NCBI GenBank assembly: GCA_965207225.1
Contig: CBDBLV010000004.1
Span: 192,001-256,000, forward strand
Length of the DNA: 64,000 bases
Direction: 5' to 3'
Origin: Dehalococcoidia bacterium
GTDB lineage: Bacteria; Chloroflexota; Dehalococcoidia; Plut-88900
The notes under the pieces are model-generated. The model made no database searches, was not told where the DNA came from, and saw only the letters and a program-made list of their open reading frames with translations. Below, in pieces: positions 36,911 to 45,646 of this stretch (positions are counted from its first letter, which is position 1; each line of letters opens with the position of its first letter). Position numbers and translations under genes: made by a program.

Positions 36911-37429
36911 GTGTGGGACCTATTCGACATCCTGACACTAGCGGTGAGATGGGTCCATGCTATTTCATCGGTGATGTGGATTGGGGGCAGCGTGTTCTAT
37001 TTGATCGTGCTTCGCCCAGCGCTTAGGGATGCGGAGAAGTCGGGGGGAGTGCCAAGCAGGCTGGTGTCCCGCCTAGTGGCACTGCACTTCAGGGAATGGG
37101 TGCACTTGTCCATGATCGCGTTGCTGGTCAGTGGTGCAATCCTGACTTTCGATCGGTTGACGGAGCCCACGGTTTCGGCGCTTTATATCGGGGCGCTGGC
37201 GGCAAAAATAGCCATTGCGTTCTGGCTCTTCGGCATAGGAACGGCCACATACCGGAAGCGGCTGATAGAGCGTGCGCACGAGGTCCAAGACATAGAGCGA
37301 AGCCGAAAGAATGCGGTATCACGTTGGTTTAGGCCTTTGGCCTCGCCCTCGATGATCGTGTACGGAGGTCTGATAGTGATTCTCCTCAGCGACCTTCTGA
37401 ACACCGCCTTCGAAAAGGGCATATCCTGA
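36911..37429 (+). CDS. CopD-like four-helix membrane protein
   Basis: RWVH......WIGG..F...VLRP, L.VSG, L..KI pattern. GTG 36911 taken as start. Confidence 0.7.
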   Translation: MWDLFDILTLAVRWVHAISSVMWIGGSVFYLIVLRPALRDAEKSGGVPSRLVSRLVALHFREWVHLSMIALLVSGAILTFDRLTEPTVSALYIGALAAKIAIAFWLFGIGTATYRKRLIERAHEVQDIERSRKNAVSRWFRPLASPSMIVYGGLIVILLSDLLNTAFEKGIS

Positions 37430-37449
37430 CAAGAGAACATTGCTGAATC

Positions 37450-38766
37450 ATGAGCACTGCAATTCCAACTGAGGCGGATGCCGTAGTCATCGGCGCGGGC
37501 ATTACGGGGTGCTCGACCGCGTACCGACTGTCACAGCGGGGGTGGAACGTTGTGGTGCTAGAGAAGGACGACATCGCACATGAGGCCTCAGGGCGCACCA
37601 TGGCGGCGGTGGGGTTAGTCGGCAAGCACCACCCCGACGAATTCGCCCTAGCCAAGGCCAGCATGGAGATCTGGGCCAGCCTCAACGACGAACTCAACAC
37701 CGACATCGAGTACATCAATGGAGGCAGGCTGGTCGTGGCCAACGCCGAAGAGGACCTGCCGTTGTTCGATGAGATGATTCGGGGGGCTGAGGAGTCAGGT
37801 GTCGAGATTCAGTGGTACGATGCACCTCAGGCCCGAGCCAGATGGCCCTTCCTCCGAGGCCCTTTCCTCAAGGCGGCCCATTCGCCCTACGAAGGACACG
37901 TCAACCCGATCAAGGTGGTGCATGGTTTTGCGAGGGCAGCGCAAGAAAACGGGGCGCAGATTTATACGGGATGTGTCGCCTCGGAAATCGTCACCAGGAC
38001 AGGAGAGATATCATCAGTGGTCACCAACCGAGGTGAGATATCTACGCCGGTAGTGTTGGATGCGGCGGGGGTGTGGGGGTATCGTCTCACCGACCGGCTT
38101 GGCGTGAAACTCCCCATCCAGTTGATAAAGGTCGTGCAGGGGGAGACCGAGCCGGCACCCCGGTTGTTCGACTGTTTCCTCCGCGGTCCGACCTACGGGT
38201 CGCGGCAGACGGCCTCGGGGGCGTTCCGCATTACCGGCGGTTACCGGCTGATGGACGTATACCACAATCTATCCCTCCACGACCTGCGCGATCTGGCAAT
38301 ATGGATTCCGCGCATGCTCCGGTACCGCAAAGACGTGACCATGAAGCTGGACCCCAACATCCTCAAGCTTGACTGGTCATCCCTATGGGGCAAGACCACC
38401 GGTAACGGAAACGGTACACCTGCCCCGGTCGGGACTGAGCCCCGACCCCAGCCCGAAAATGTTGCCAGGAAACTCAAACGTGTAAGCGCTCTTGTCCCCG
38501 AAATGCAGGGCCTCAGGCTCACCAAGACCTGGGGAGGATACGTGGACATGACCCCCGACTTCCTGCCTATCCTGGGCGCCGTTGAGAGCATAAAGGGCTT
38601 CTACGTGGCTACGGGTTTCAGCGGGCACGGGTTTGCGGTCGGGCCGATAGTTGGTAAGCTGATGGCCGAATTGATTATTGATGGCAGCACCTCTGTAGAT
38701 ATCACGTCGTTCAGGCCCAGCCGTTTCGCGGAAGGCAAGACGCCCGTACCGCCCCGCCTGATGTGA
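37450..38766 (+). CDS. FAD-dependent amine/D-amino acid oxidoreductase (DAO family), copy 1
   Basis: VIGAGITG, EK......ASGR, AAGVW, D.TPD..P, GFSGHGF..GP..G. Confidence 0.9.
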   Translation: MSTAIPTEADAVVIGAGITGCSTAYRLSQRGWNVVVLEKDDIAHEASGRTMAAVGLVGKHHPDEFALAKASMEIWASLNDELNTDIEYINGGRLVVANAEEDLPLFDEMIRGAEESGVEIQWYDAPQARARWPFLRGPFLKAAHSPYEGHVNPIKVVHGFARAAQENGAQIYTGCVASEIVTRTGEISSVVTNRGEISTPVVLDAAGVWGYRLTDRLGVKLPIQLIKVVQGETEPAPRLFDCFLRGPTYGSRQTASGAFRITGGYRLMDVYHNLSLHDLRDLAIWIPRMLRYRKDVTMKLDPNILKLDWSSLWGKTTGNGNGTPAPVGTEPRPQPENVARKLKRVSALVPEMQGLRLTKTWGGYVDMTPDFLPILGAVESIKGFYVATGFSGHGFAVGPIVGKLMAELIIDGSTSVDITSFRPSRFAEGKTPVPPRLM

Positions 38767-38786
38767 GTGGCGTATAAAGTAAGAGA

Positions 38787-39284
38787 ATGACCGTTACCAA
38801 GTCCGTTCGAGTTTCCGCTGCAACCCACGACCACGTGGGCCCCATAGCACGTCTCATAGAGCTATACCGTTTTCGGAGCTCGGAGGGTCGGGCTGAGGGT
38901 TTCCTGTTGCCGGTGCATGAAGACGAAGTAAGACAGCTCGTGGCCGAAGGTCGGTTCTTTGTGGCGGAAGTGGAGGGCGAGTTCGCCGGCTGCGTTTCCA
39001 TCATGGAATACGACGGCATCGCTGAGCTAAGGTCGCTGGCCGTTGAGGAGCGACTCCAGAGGCGGGGCATCGCATCGAGGCTCATTGAGCACTGTCGGGA
39101 AGAGGCCCGCGCCCGGGGCTACGAAACGCTTCACACCCTGACGCAGACCTACGCCGCCGGCGCATTTGAAGGAGTGGGATTCGTCAGGGCCGCGGTCCCC
39201 ATACCCAAGCTGGAGAAGGACTGCGCCATATGCCCACTGCACAACAACGGCTGTGTGGAAATCCCGATGACCGTTCGGCTTTAG
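38787..39284 (+). CDS. GNAT N-acetyltransferase, short ArgA-like
   Basis: AELRSLAV....R.GI...L, LT...F...GF, C-terminal K..KDC..CP....C.E. Confidence 0.8.
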   Translation: MTVTKSVRVSAATHDHVGPIARLIELYRFRSSEGRAEGFLLPVHEDEVRQLVAEGRFFVAEVEGEFAGCVSIMEYDGIAELRSLAVEERLQRRGIASRLIEHCREEARARGYETLHTLTQTYAAGAFEGVGFVRAAVPIPKLEKDCAICPLHNNGCVEIPMTVRL

Positions 39285-39308
39285 AGAAAGTGCAAGGGTC
39301 GCCGAATC

Positions 39309-40607
39309 ATGCTGACTAAAGCCGACGCCGTGGTAATTGGGGGCGGCATAACCGGCTGCTCCATAGCCTACAACCTGTCGAAGCGCGGCAAGCGGGTGGT
39401 GGTTATTGAGAAAGACGACATCGCCTACGAGGCCTCGGGGAGGACAGTGGCGGCGGTGGGGCTGCTGGGGAAGCAGGAAGGCGAGTTTGAACTGGCACGG
39501 GCCAGCCTGGCCCTATACGACAGCCTGAGCGAGGATATCGGTTACGACGTCGAGTTCATCAAGCAGGGTCGACTCCTGCCCGCCGAAACGGCGGAAGATA
39601 TGCCATATTTCGAGGAGATGGTTGAGGCCGCTCGGGACGGTGGCATCCAACTGGAGATGCTAACAAGGGAGCAGGTCAAGTCTCGGTTCCCGGCAATAGA
39701 AGGCCACTTAGAGGCGATGGCCTATTCTCCCGACGAGGGCCACGTGAACCCGACCCGCGTGGTCAACGGCTTCGCCAACGCCGCCCGGGAAAACGGCGCC
39801 GAGATACGCACAGGCTGCGTGGCCACCAACATCGGGGTCACGGGTGGTCGAGTCACGTCTGTGGAGACTACTCAGGGAGAAATTGAGACCGGGGTGGCCG
39901 TATTGGCGGCGGGGGTCTGGGCGTACCGCCTTGCCGACCGGCTTGGCGTGCACATCCCGGTACAGATAGTGACGCTTTCGCAGGGAGAGACGGGCCCCGC
40001 CCCACCCATCATCGAGCAGTTCGTTAGAGGGGGCTACTACTGTTTCAGGCAGACGGCCTCGGGGCCGGTGCGGGTAAGCAACGGGTACCGGCGCCAGGAC
40101 GTGTACCACGACCTCTCAATCCACGACCTCCGCGACCTCAAAGTCTGGCTGCCGAGGCTAATCAAGCAACGCAAGAGCATTACCATGCGGGTGGACATGG
40201 AGCTGCTCAAACACGACCTGAAGCTCTTCCTGGCCTCGTTACAGGGCAAGCACTCCATAGTTGCACCGGTGGGGAAGGAACCCAGGAGCGCTTTCAATAA
40301 GGTGAAGCGTCAGTTGAGCGCTGCCGGGAAGTTGGTCCCCAGGCTGCGCGACCTTCAACTGGCAAGATGGTGGGCCGGGTATATCGACACCACCCCTGAC
40401 CTGGTGCCCGTCCTGGGGCCTGTGGACAAGCCCCAAGGACTATTTCTATCCATGGGGTACAGCGGGCACGGGTTTGGACTTGGGCCGGTGGCAGGAAAGC
40501 TCACCGCGGATCTCATTGTCGACGGCAAGAGCTCGATCCCGTGGGAGCATTTCTCCTACAAGCGGTTCGAGAAGGGCGATACCCCTATGCCAACCCGGCT
40601 TATGTAA
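39309..40607 (+). CDS. FAD-dependent amine/D-amino acid oxidoreductase (DAO family), copy 2
   Basis: VIGGGITG, ASGR, AAGVW, DTTPD..P, GYSGHGFG.GP; visibly paralogous to 37450-38766. Confidence 0.9.
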   Translation: MLTKADAVVIGGGITGCSIAYNLSKRGKRVVVIEKDDIAYEASGRTVAAVGLLGKQEGEFELARASLALYDSLSEDIGYDVEFIKQGRLLPAETAEDMPYFEEMVEAARDGGIQLEMLTREQVKSRFPAIEGHLEAMAYSPDEGHVNPTRVVNGFANAARENGAEIRTGCVATNIGVTGGRVTSVETTQGEIETGVAVLAAGVWAYRLADRLGVHIPVQIVTLSQGETGPAPPIIEQFVRGGYYCFRQTASGPVRVSNGYRRQDVYHDLSIHDLRDLKVWLPRLIKQRKSITMRVDMELLKHDLKLFLASLQGKHSIVAPVGKEPRSAFNKVKRQLSAAGKLVPRLRDLQLARWWAGYIDTTPDLVPVLGPVDKPQGLFLSMGYSGHGFGLGPVAGKLTADLIVDGKSSIPWEHFSYKRFEKGDTPMPTRLM

Positions 40608-40624
40608 ACTCTGGTGGGATCCGA

Positions 40625-41767
40625 TTAGTCAAGGGTGGAGTAGGGCTCGGTGGGGGGGTACTGGCTGTCGGGGATAACCATCACTTTGCCAAATACCCGA
40701 CGCTCCAGCAGGTGGGCAACCGCGTCCCGCACCTGGGATAGGGGATAGACCTGATCGATAACCGCTCTGAGCTTTCCCTTGGATACCAGCCGCAGGCACT
40801 CCTGCAGCTCCCGGTGAGTGCCCATTACCGAGCCGAGCACCGAGGTCTCCTTGAACAGCATACGGGCCACGTTGACGGTTGCCCAATTCCCGAGGGTGCA
40901 GCCGCAGTTGACGAACCGGCCTCCGACAGCGAGGGCCTCGATGCTTTCTTCTGCCAGGTTACCGGAAAGGCTGTCAACAACTATGTCCACACCGTAGCCA
41001 TCGGTGAGGCGAGCCACTTCCTCCTTGATGGAGGAGGTGGAGTAGTTGATGCCTTCGTCGGCGCCGAGCTTTCGGGCCTTTTCCAGTTTGGCGTCGGAGC
41101 CTGCGCTGGTGATGACCCGAGCGTGGAAGAGCTTGGCAATCTGGATGCCTGCAATGCCAACGCCACTGCCGGCGGCATTGACCAGAACCGTGTCACCCGG
41201 CTGAATTCGGGCCCGGGCAACTAGCATGTGCCAGACGGTCATGAATATGATTGGCAGGGACGCAGCGTCGATGAGGGACACGTTGTCGGGGACGGGAATG
41301 ATGCTAGCCTCGGGGATCAAGGCGTACTCCGCGAGGCCACCGTCCCATCCGCTCCCGAATCCCGGCTTGTCGGGGCATAGGTTGTCCCGGCCCGTGAGGC
41401 AATACCGGCAACGATTACACTTGACGCCGGGGTAGACCATCACCCGGTCTCCCACGGCACAGGTGGTCACACCTTCTCCGACTTCATCAATGACACCAGC
41501 CATGTCGGCGCCCGGGGTAATCGGCTTCTCTCGCACGGCGGTCCTCGGGGCTTTGGCGGCCCAGGCGTCCAGGTGGTTCAGGCCGCAGGCTTTGATCAGA
41601 ACTACAACTTGCCCCGGGCCCGGGGTGGGGCGGGGGATTTCCCGGTATTCGAACCTGTCGAGGCCGTAGCCTTCGTGGACACGGACCTCTTCCTTCCACG
41701 ACTCATGGTCGTCGACCAGGTAGTGGGACATGTAGTCGCCGGTGATGGTCAACTGAACTGCTTTCAT
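40625..41767 (-). CDS. Medium-chain dehydrogenase/quinone oxidoreductase-like protein
   Basis: CGLNHLD, PGADMAG (no GHE), CNRCRYC...C structural Zn site, AAGSGVG, FGKV. Confidence 0.88.
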   Translation of the reverse strand: MKAVQLTITGDYMSHYLVDDHESWKEEVRVHEGYGLDRFEYREIPRPTPGPGQVVVLIKACGLNHLDAWAAKAPRTAVREKPITPGADMAGVIDEVGEGVTTCAVGDRVMVYPGVKCNRCRYCLTGRDNLCPDKPGFGSGWDGGLAEYALIPEASIIPVPDNVSLIDAASLPIIFMTVWHMLVARARIQPGDTVLVNAAGSGVGIAGIQIAKLFHARVITSAGSDAKLEKARKLGADEGINYSTSSIKEEVARLTDGYGVDIVVDSLSGNLAEESIEALAVGGRFVNCGCTLGNWATVNVARMLFKETSVLGSVMGTHRELQECLRLVSKGKLRAVIDQVYPLSQVRDAVAHLLERRVFGKVMVIPDSQYPPTEPYSTLD

Positions 41768-41790
41768 GGATGCCTCACTGCTGCGCTCAA

Positions 41791-42258
41791 TCAGTTGGAA
41801 TCCTGTTCCGTTACGGGGATATATTGACGGGACTCCCGGGTGATGATGCTGGTGGCGTGAAACAGGTTGTCGGGCTCCAGGCTGCCTTCGAGGACTACCT
41901 CCACGGAAGGGACGTCGAACTGGCCGGGGGGTACACCTGCAAAGAGCACTTCCAAGGGTTCGCCTGACTTGGTCTCGGTGTCAAGGATTTGGAAGGTAAC
42001 GTCCTCCTGGTCGCCGTACACTATTGATCCCGGGACGATAATTCCGCTCACGGTGATTTCCTGCCCGTAAATCTCTGCGCCCCTGTCATGCACCTCGCTG
42101 ACGTCCAGGAAAGCTTTTCCGACGTTGAAGGCTATCAGCGAGATGATGGTAGCCAGGGCAATGAGCAGGACTATTCCACCCAGGATGGTCTTCTTGCGGG
42201 GGGAGAGCCAAGGGGTGTAGGCCTCGATGGCGGGATCGGGTCGGGAATCGGTGACCAT
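41791..42258 (-). CDS. ccmE: Heme chaperone CcmE, atypical motif
   Basis: N-terminal TM, V.G.IVPGSI, F...D, V.F.G..P..F, VV.EG, F.A..I; last gene of ccmABCD. Confidence 0.85.
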   Translation of the reverse strand: MVTDSRPDPAIEAYTPWLSPRKKTILGGIVLLIALATIISLIAFNVGKAFLDVSEVHDRGAEIYGQEITVSGIIVPGSIVYGDQEDVTFQILDTETKSGEPLEVLFAGVPPGQFDVPSVEVVLEGSLEPDNLFHATSIITRESRQYIPVTEQDSN

Positions 42259-42261
42259 TGG

Positions 42262-42414
42262 CTAATCTTCCGTCTCGGGACTGCGGCTTCGGTGGATCTC
42301 CTCTACCTCCTGCCCTACGCGCGCCACCCGACGATAGATCCAGTAGGCGAGACCCATGAATACGGCCCACCCAATGGCGAACCCGGCAAAGAGATATCCG
42401 AAATTGTCTTCCAT
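42262..42414 (-). CDS. ccmD: Heme exporter protein CcmD (50 aa)
   Basis: Manual translation MEDNFGYLFAGFAIGWAVFMGLAYWIYRRVARVGQEVEE...; one TM and a charged tail, between ccmC and ccmE. Too short for the ORF track. Confidence 0.85.
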   Translation of the reverse strand: MEDNFGYLFAGFAIGWAVFMGLAYWIYRRVARVGQEVEEIHRSRSPETED

Positions 42415-42423
42415 AGCGTCCTT

Positions 42424-43128
42424 CTAGTCTGGAACAATTCTAGCTACGGTTTCCTCGCTACTCCTAAGCATAACCCTAACTTTCAGTAATACGAAGAAAA
42501 GCAGTGTGAAGGTGAACAGGCTGAACATCAGGGTGGTGTACATCTCGGAACTGAGGAACGATTCCTCCCCACCCCCGATTATCGGCTCCACGTGGACCGT
42601 GTCCCAGAGATATACGGACAGGTAGTTGATGGGGACAACCACAAACCCCAGGATTCCCACCGCGGCCCGTAGCCGGGACGACTTCTCCGCGGACTCCGAG
42701 TACGCGCCGACCATGAGGTAGCCGACGTAGATGAGCCAGAGCAGGGCGGTGGTGGTGAGTCGGGCGTCCCAGGTCCACCAGACCCCGAAAATCGGCTTGG
42801 CCCAGATTATGCCCGAGACAATGGTCACAGACGTGAACACGACGCCCAGCTCGGCGCTGGAGTAGGCCCACCTGTCCCATCTGCCGCTTCGCTTTCTCAG
42901 GTGCAGGACGCTGAAAATGAAGACCAGGAAGAAGGCGAGGTAGGCGATCCAGGCCACGGGGAGATGCAGGTAGAAGATACGCTGGACGTTCCCCTGGTTG
43001 ACCTCCTCGGGCACCCAGAGGAATATCAGGTAGAAATTGACGACCATGAGGACGGTAGTGATGGCGAAGAGGCCATCCATCCAACCAAATCTACGTCCGC
43101 CCGATCGTGCGCCTAGCGTACTTGCCAT
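42424..43128 (-). CDS. ccmC: Heme exporter protein CcmC
   Basis: RIFYLH.P.AW, WAKP.FG.WWTWDARLT (WWD domain), SV..W.T.H. Confidence 0.95.
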   Translation of the reverse strand: MASTLGARSGGRRFGWMDGLFAITTVLMVVNFYLIFLWVPEEVNQGNVQRIFYLHLPVAWIAYLAFFLVFIFSVLHLRKRSGRWDRWAYSSAELGVVFTSVTIVSGIIWAKPIFGVWWTWDARLTTTALLWLIYVGYLMVGAYSESAEKSSRLRAAVGILGFVVVPINYLSVYLWDTVHVEPIIGGGEESFLSSEMYTTLMFSLFTFTLLFFVLLKVRVMLRSSEETVARIVPD

Positions 43129-43137
43129 ACCAGTTGT

Positions 43138-43809
43138 CTATTCCTCCAGAACGTGCTCGAAGGTCAGGAACCCTACTACCAGAAAGACTATATCGAAGAT
43201 GATGAGGACGTAAATCCACGGCTGGACCGCCGACCAGCCGGCGCCGTCAAAGGCGTCGCCCGTGGATTCCACCGCCCCTATGACCGCGGGCACTACCAGG
43301 GGAATCATGAGCACGGGGAGCATCACCTCGCGGAGTCGGGTGTTCATGGAGAGCGCCGACAGGAAGGTGCCCACGATGGCGATGCCAAGGGTGGCGACCG
43401 GGACTATGAGGATGAGTTGAATGGGGATTGCGGAGAGGTTGAAAACCACGGCGAAAATGGGGATGGCTATGGTCTCGACTATCATGACGAATACGAAGCT
43501 GCTGATGGTCTTGGCGATGAAAATGACGTCCCGTCCGTAAGGGCAGAGCATCAGGCCGTCCAGGCAGCCGTTCTCCTGCTCGGAGTTGACTACACGCTGA
43601 AAGCTGAGCATCCCGGCAAAGAGGAACGTAAACCAGAGGACGCCGGGGGTCATAATCTCGTTGGGAATGGACCCGGGCCTGAAGGCGAAGTTGAAGGTGA
43701 AGACCATGAGCAGGACGAAGAAGGTGACCGCTAGTACGACCTCCTTGCCCCGCACTTCGACGAGGAGGTCCTTCTTCACGATGGCCGCTATGGCCCTCCA
43801 GTAGTTCAT
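43138..43809 (-). CDS. ccmB: Heme exporter protein CcmB
   Basis: KDL..E.R, G.LW, E.ENG.LDGL, REV.LP.L..P...P. Confidence 0.93.
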   Translation of the reverse strand: MNYWRAIAAIVKKDLLVEVRGKEVVLAVTFFVLLMVFTFNFAFRPGSIPNEIMTPGVLWFTFLFAGMLSFQRVVNSEQENGCLDGLMLCPYGRDVIFIAKTISSFVFVMIVETIAIPIFAVVFNLSAIPIQLILIVPVATLGIAIVGTFLSALSMNTRLREVMLPVLMIPLVVPAVIGAVESTGDAFDGAGWSAVQPWIYVLIIFDIVFLVVGFLTFEHVLEE

Positions 43810-43819
43810 GCTCTAATTC

Positions 43820-44539
43820 TCAGCCGACAGCCAGGGCCTCGTACCGGTAGTCCAAGGCCTCTCGATCAAGATTCTCCAATCCCGAGTCCATTGTTACCCG
43901 GCCCCGCTTCAAGAATATGGCCCGGTCGGCGATGGCAAGACCGTTGTCGAGGTTATGGGTGGACATGACGATGGTCCGGGCCTGACTCTTGCAGAAATCG
44001 AAGAGGAGGTCGAGCGCGTTCCTGTCAAGGCCCGAGTCGGGTTCGTCCAGGAGAAGTATGCCGGGGTCGTGGAGGACGGCCCTGAGCAGGGCGACCCGCT
44101 TTCTTTGTCCGTGGGAGAGGGAGTCGACCCTTTTTTCAAGCAGGTCGGTCAGTTCCAGCTGCTCAGCAAGGGTATGTATCCTATCGTCGTGAGAGGGTAC
44201 ACGGAACATCCTGGCGTAGAAACGGAGGTTTTCGGCGGCGGTAAGGCGGCCGTAGAGGAGGGGCTCGTGGAGGACGACGCCCATAGCAGACCGGATGGAG
44301 GCGTCATGCTTCAGGGCATCGAGGCCGTGGACGAATAGCTCGCCGGAGGTGGGTTTGATCAGGGTTGCCAGCAGCTTTATGAGGGTGGTCTTGCCGGACC
44401 CATTAGGCCCAACCAGGAGAACCTTTTCTCCCGGATAAATGGTGAGGTCCAGTCCCGCAATGGCTTTGACGCGTCCATAGTTGCGGGTGAGGCGTCGGGC
44501 CTGGATGGCGGGAGGATATTCGTTACCGTTGGAGGGCAT
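43820..44539 (-). CDS. ccmA: Heme exporter ATP-binding protein CcmA
   Basis: GPNGSGKTT Walker A, LSHGQ signature, LLLDEP Walker B; first gene before ccmB. Start uncertain. Confidence 0.9.
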   Translation of the reverse strand: MPSNGNEYPPAIQARRLTRNYGRVKAIAGLDLTIYPGEKVLLVGPNGSGKTTLIKLLATLIKPTSGELFVHGLDALKHDASIRSAMGVVLHEPLLYGRLTAAENLRFYARMFRVPSHDDRIHTLAEQLELTDLLEKRVDSLSHGQRKRVALLRAVLHDPGILLLDEPDSGLDRNALDLLFDFCKSQARTIVMSTHNLDNGLAIADRAIFLKRGRVTMDSGLENLDREALDYRYEALAVG

Positions 44540-44661
44540 GGTTGTGATGCGCGTCACTAACGTAACAATGATAGATGTTCCACAATCGGGATTCAAGGAA
44601 AGGGACCCGTTAGCAGATTGGTGATCTGCCGGGTTTTTCTTCAGCTGCGGGGGTTGGAGTT

Positions 44662-44715
44662 TTGATTGAACGTTGATTGAACGTTGATTGAACTCGTAGC
44701 TGTTTTGATTGAACG
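44662..44715. repeat. 11-bp direct repeats TTGATTGAAC(G), four copies
   Basis: Copies at 44662, 44673, 44684 and 44705; related TTTGATTGTTT at about 44777 and 44806. Confidence 0.85.
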
Positions 44716-44869
44716 ACGCCTAGAGGGATTTCTGGGGATTTTGCGTGGGGCGGGGTGCAAGGGGGAGGGGCGGGTCTTTGATTGTTTTGCGGTTTCAGGC
44801 ACGGCTTTGATTGTTTAAGGAAAAATCTTCTTTTGCCTATTCCCCCTTGCTCCGCATTCCGCACCGGGG

Positions 44870-44894
44870 AGGGCGATCCGCCAGTCGCCCCTAC
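44870..44894 (-). repeat. GTAG-class REP-like palindrome
   Basis: Minus strand GTAG-GGGCGA-CTGGCGGA-TCGCCC-T: a GTAG tetranucleotide followed by a short hairpin. Confidence 0.6.
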
Positions 44895-44921
44895 GGGAAG
44901 GGGAGGCCCTCCGCCCCACAG

Positions 44922-45046
44922 GGGAACCCTCTCCCCCTTGATCCCCCTCTCCCTCAGGGCCATTGAGGGAGAGGGGGAGAGAAGAACAGAGGCAAGGGCC
45001 TGCGCCCTGGCGCAGGCCCTTGCCTCTAGTTCAATACTGGGGAAGA
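44922..45046 (+). repeat. Two-hairpin interspersed repeat, copy 1
   Basis: GGGAACCCTCTCCCCCTT.ATCCCCCTCTCCC...GGGAGAGGGG.AGAGAAGAACAGAGGCA-[palindrome]-TGCCTCTAGTTCA.TACTGGGG; recurs at 45743. Confidence 0.85.
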
Positions 45047-45102
45047 GGGAGGAGTTGTTCGGTTGTGGGGTTTGGGTTTGCATTTTTCTGTTTTGGAGGG
45101 GA

Positions 45103-45627
45103 CAGGCGATGGAGGTCCGGGACTCGGATGCAGGATCTCGATGGCACCTACGCTGACGCTTGGGGCATCGGCGGCTGTCCTGCCTTTCCCTTCACGCATG
45201 CCTTGGGAGACTTGCCGCTGTCGAGGGCGTCTCTGCGTGGGGACATCCGCTCTCCGCATCAACGCTCGACCGCTGAGCGGGACGGCATATCGGCTCGAAG
45301 CCGCCGTGGGCGGAAGGAGCCGCATAAGGGCGCTAAGGCCCTGCATAACGAGTCAGAAGACTCGCGGAATTCCTCGACGAGGGTAAGGTCGGCGAGGCGT
45401 ATACGCCCGGGTGAGGGACGTCGTATCGGCAAGGGCGTCGACAGAGAGGCCTGATGCCGCATAGAGTCGATGGACCATCCATCGCCTGGAAGCCAGGGAA
45501 GGGGCACGGGACCCGTGGTGAGGAGATAATACCTTCAGCTTGAGCCTCGGGCCTGCGCGAGGGCCGTTGGGATGGGCTAGGGCGTTGAGTCCTCCGGGTC
45601 GGGTCTCGGGGGCTTCCCCGGGTTTTT
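45103..45627 (+). ncRNA. Candidate long structured non-coding RNA (rod-like fold-back plus 3' hairpins and terminator)
   Basis: Nested helices pair 45103-45226 with 45372-45488, with G-U wobbles favouring the plus strand; no credible protein ORF; hairpin plus T5 at the 3' end. No known family recognised. Confidence 0.45.
45605..45627 (+). terminator. Rho-independent terminator-like hairpin
   Basis: CTCGGGG-GCTT-CCCCGGG followed by TTTTT. Confidence 0.55.
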
Positions 45628-45646
45628 GGTTCCTCCTTTTGTTACT

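Noticed and set aside
44610-45083. 157-aa minus-strand ORF (MQTQTPQP...)
   Set aside because: Mostly read-through of palindromic repeats and the 11-bp array, with no RBS or domain. A disrupted gene cannot be excluded, so it is not called as a CDS.
45317-45354. Group II intron domain V-like stretch (GAGCCGCAT...)
   Set aside because: The basal stem does not pair, there is no GNRA loop or domain VI, and no reverse transcriptase is nearby.
45103-45488. RNase P RNA, tmRNA, SRP RNA or 6S identity for the fold-back
   Set aside because: No GAGGAAAGUCC or terminal P4 strand, no tRNA-like ends or tag ORF, the GGAAGG segment lacks the SRP helix-8 pairing, and it is too long and branched for 6S.
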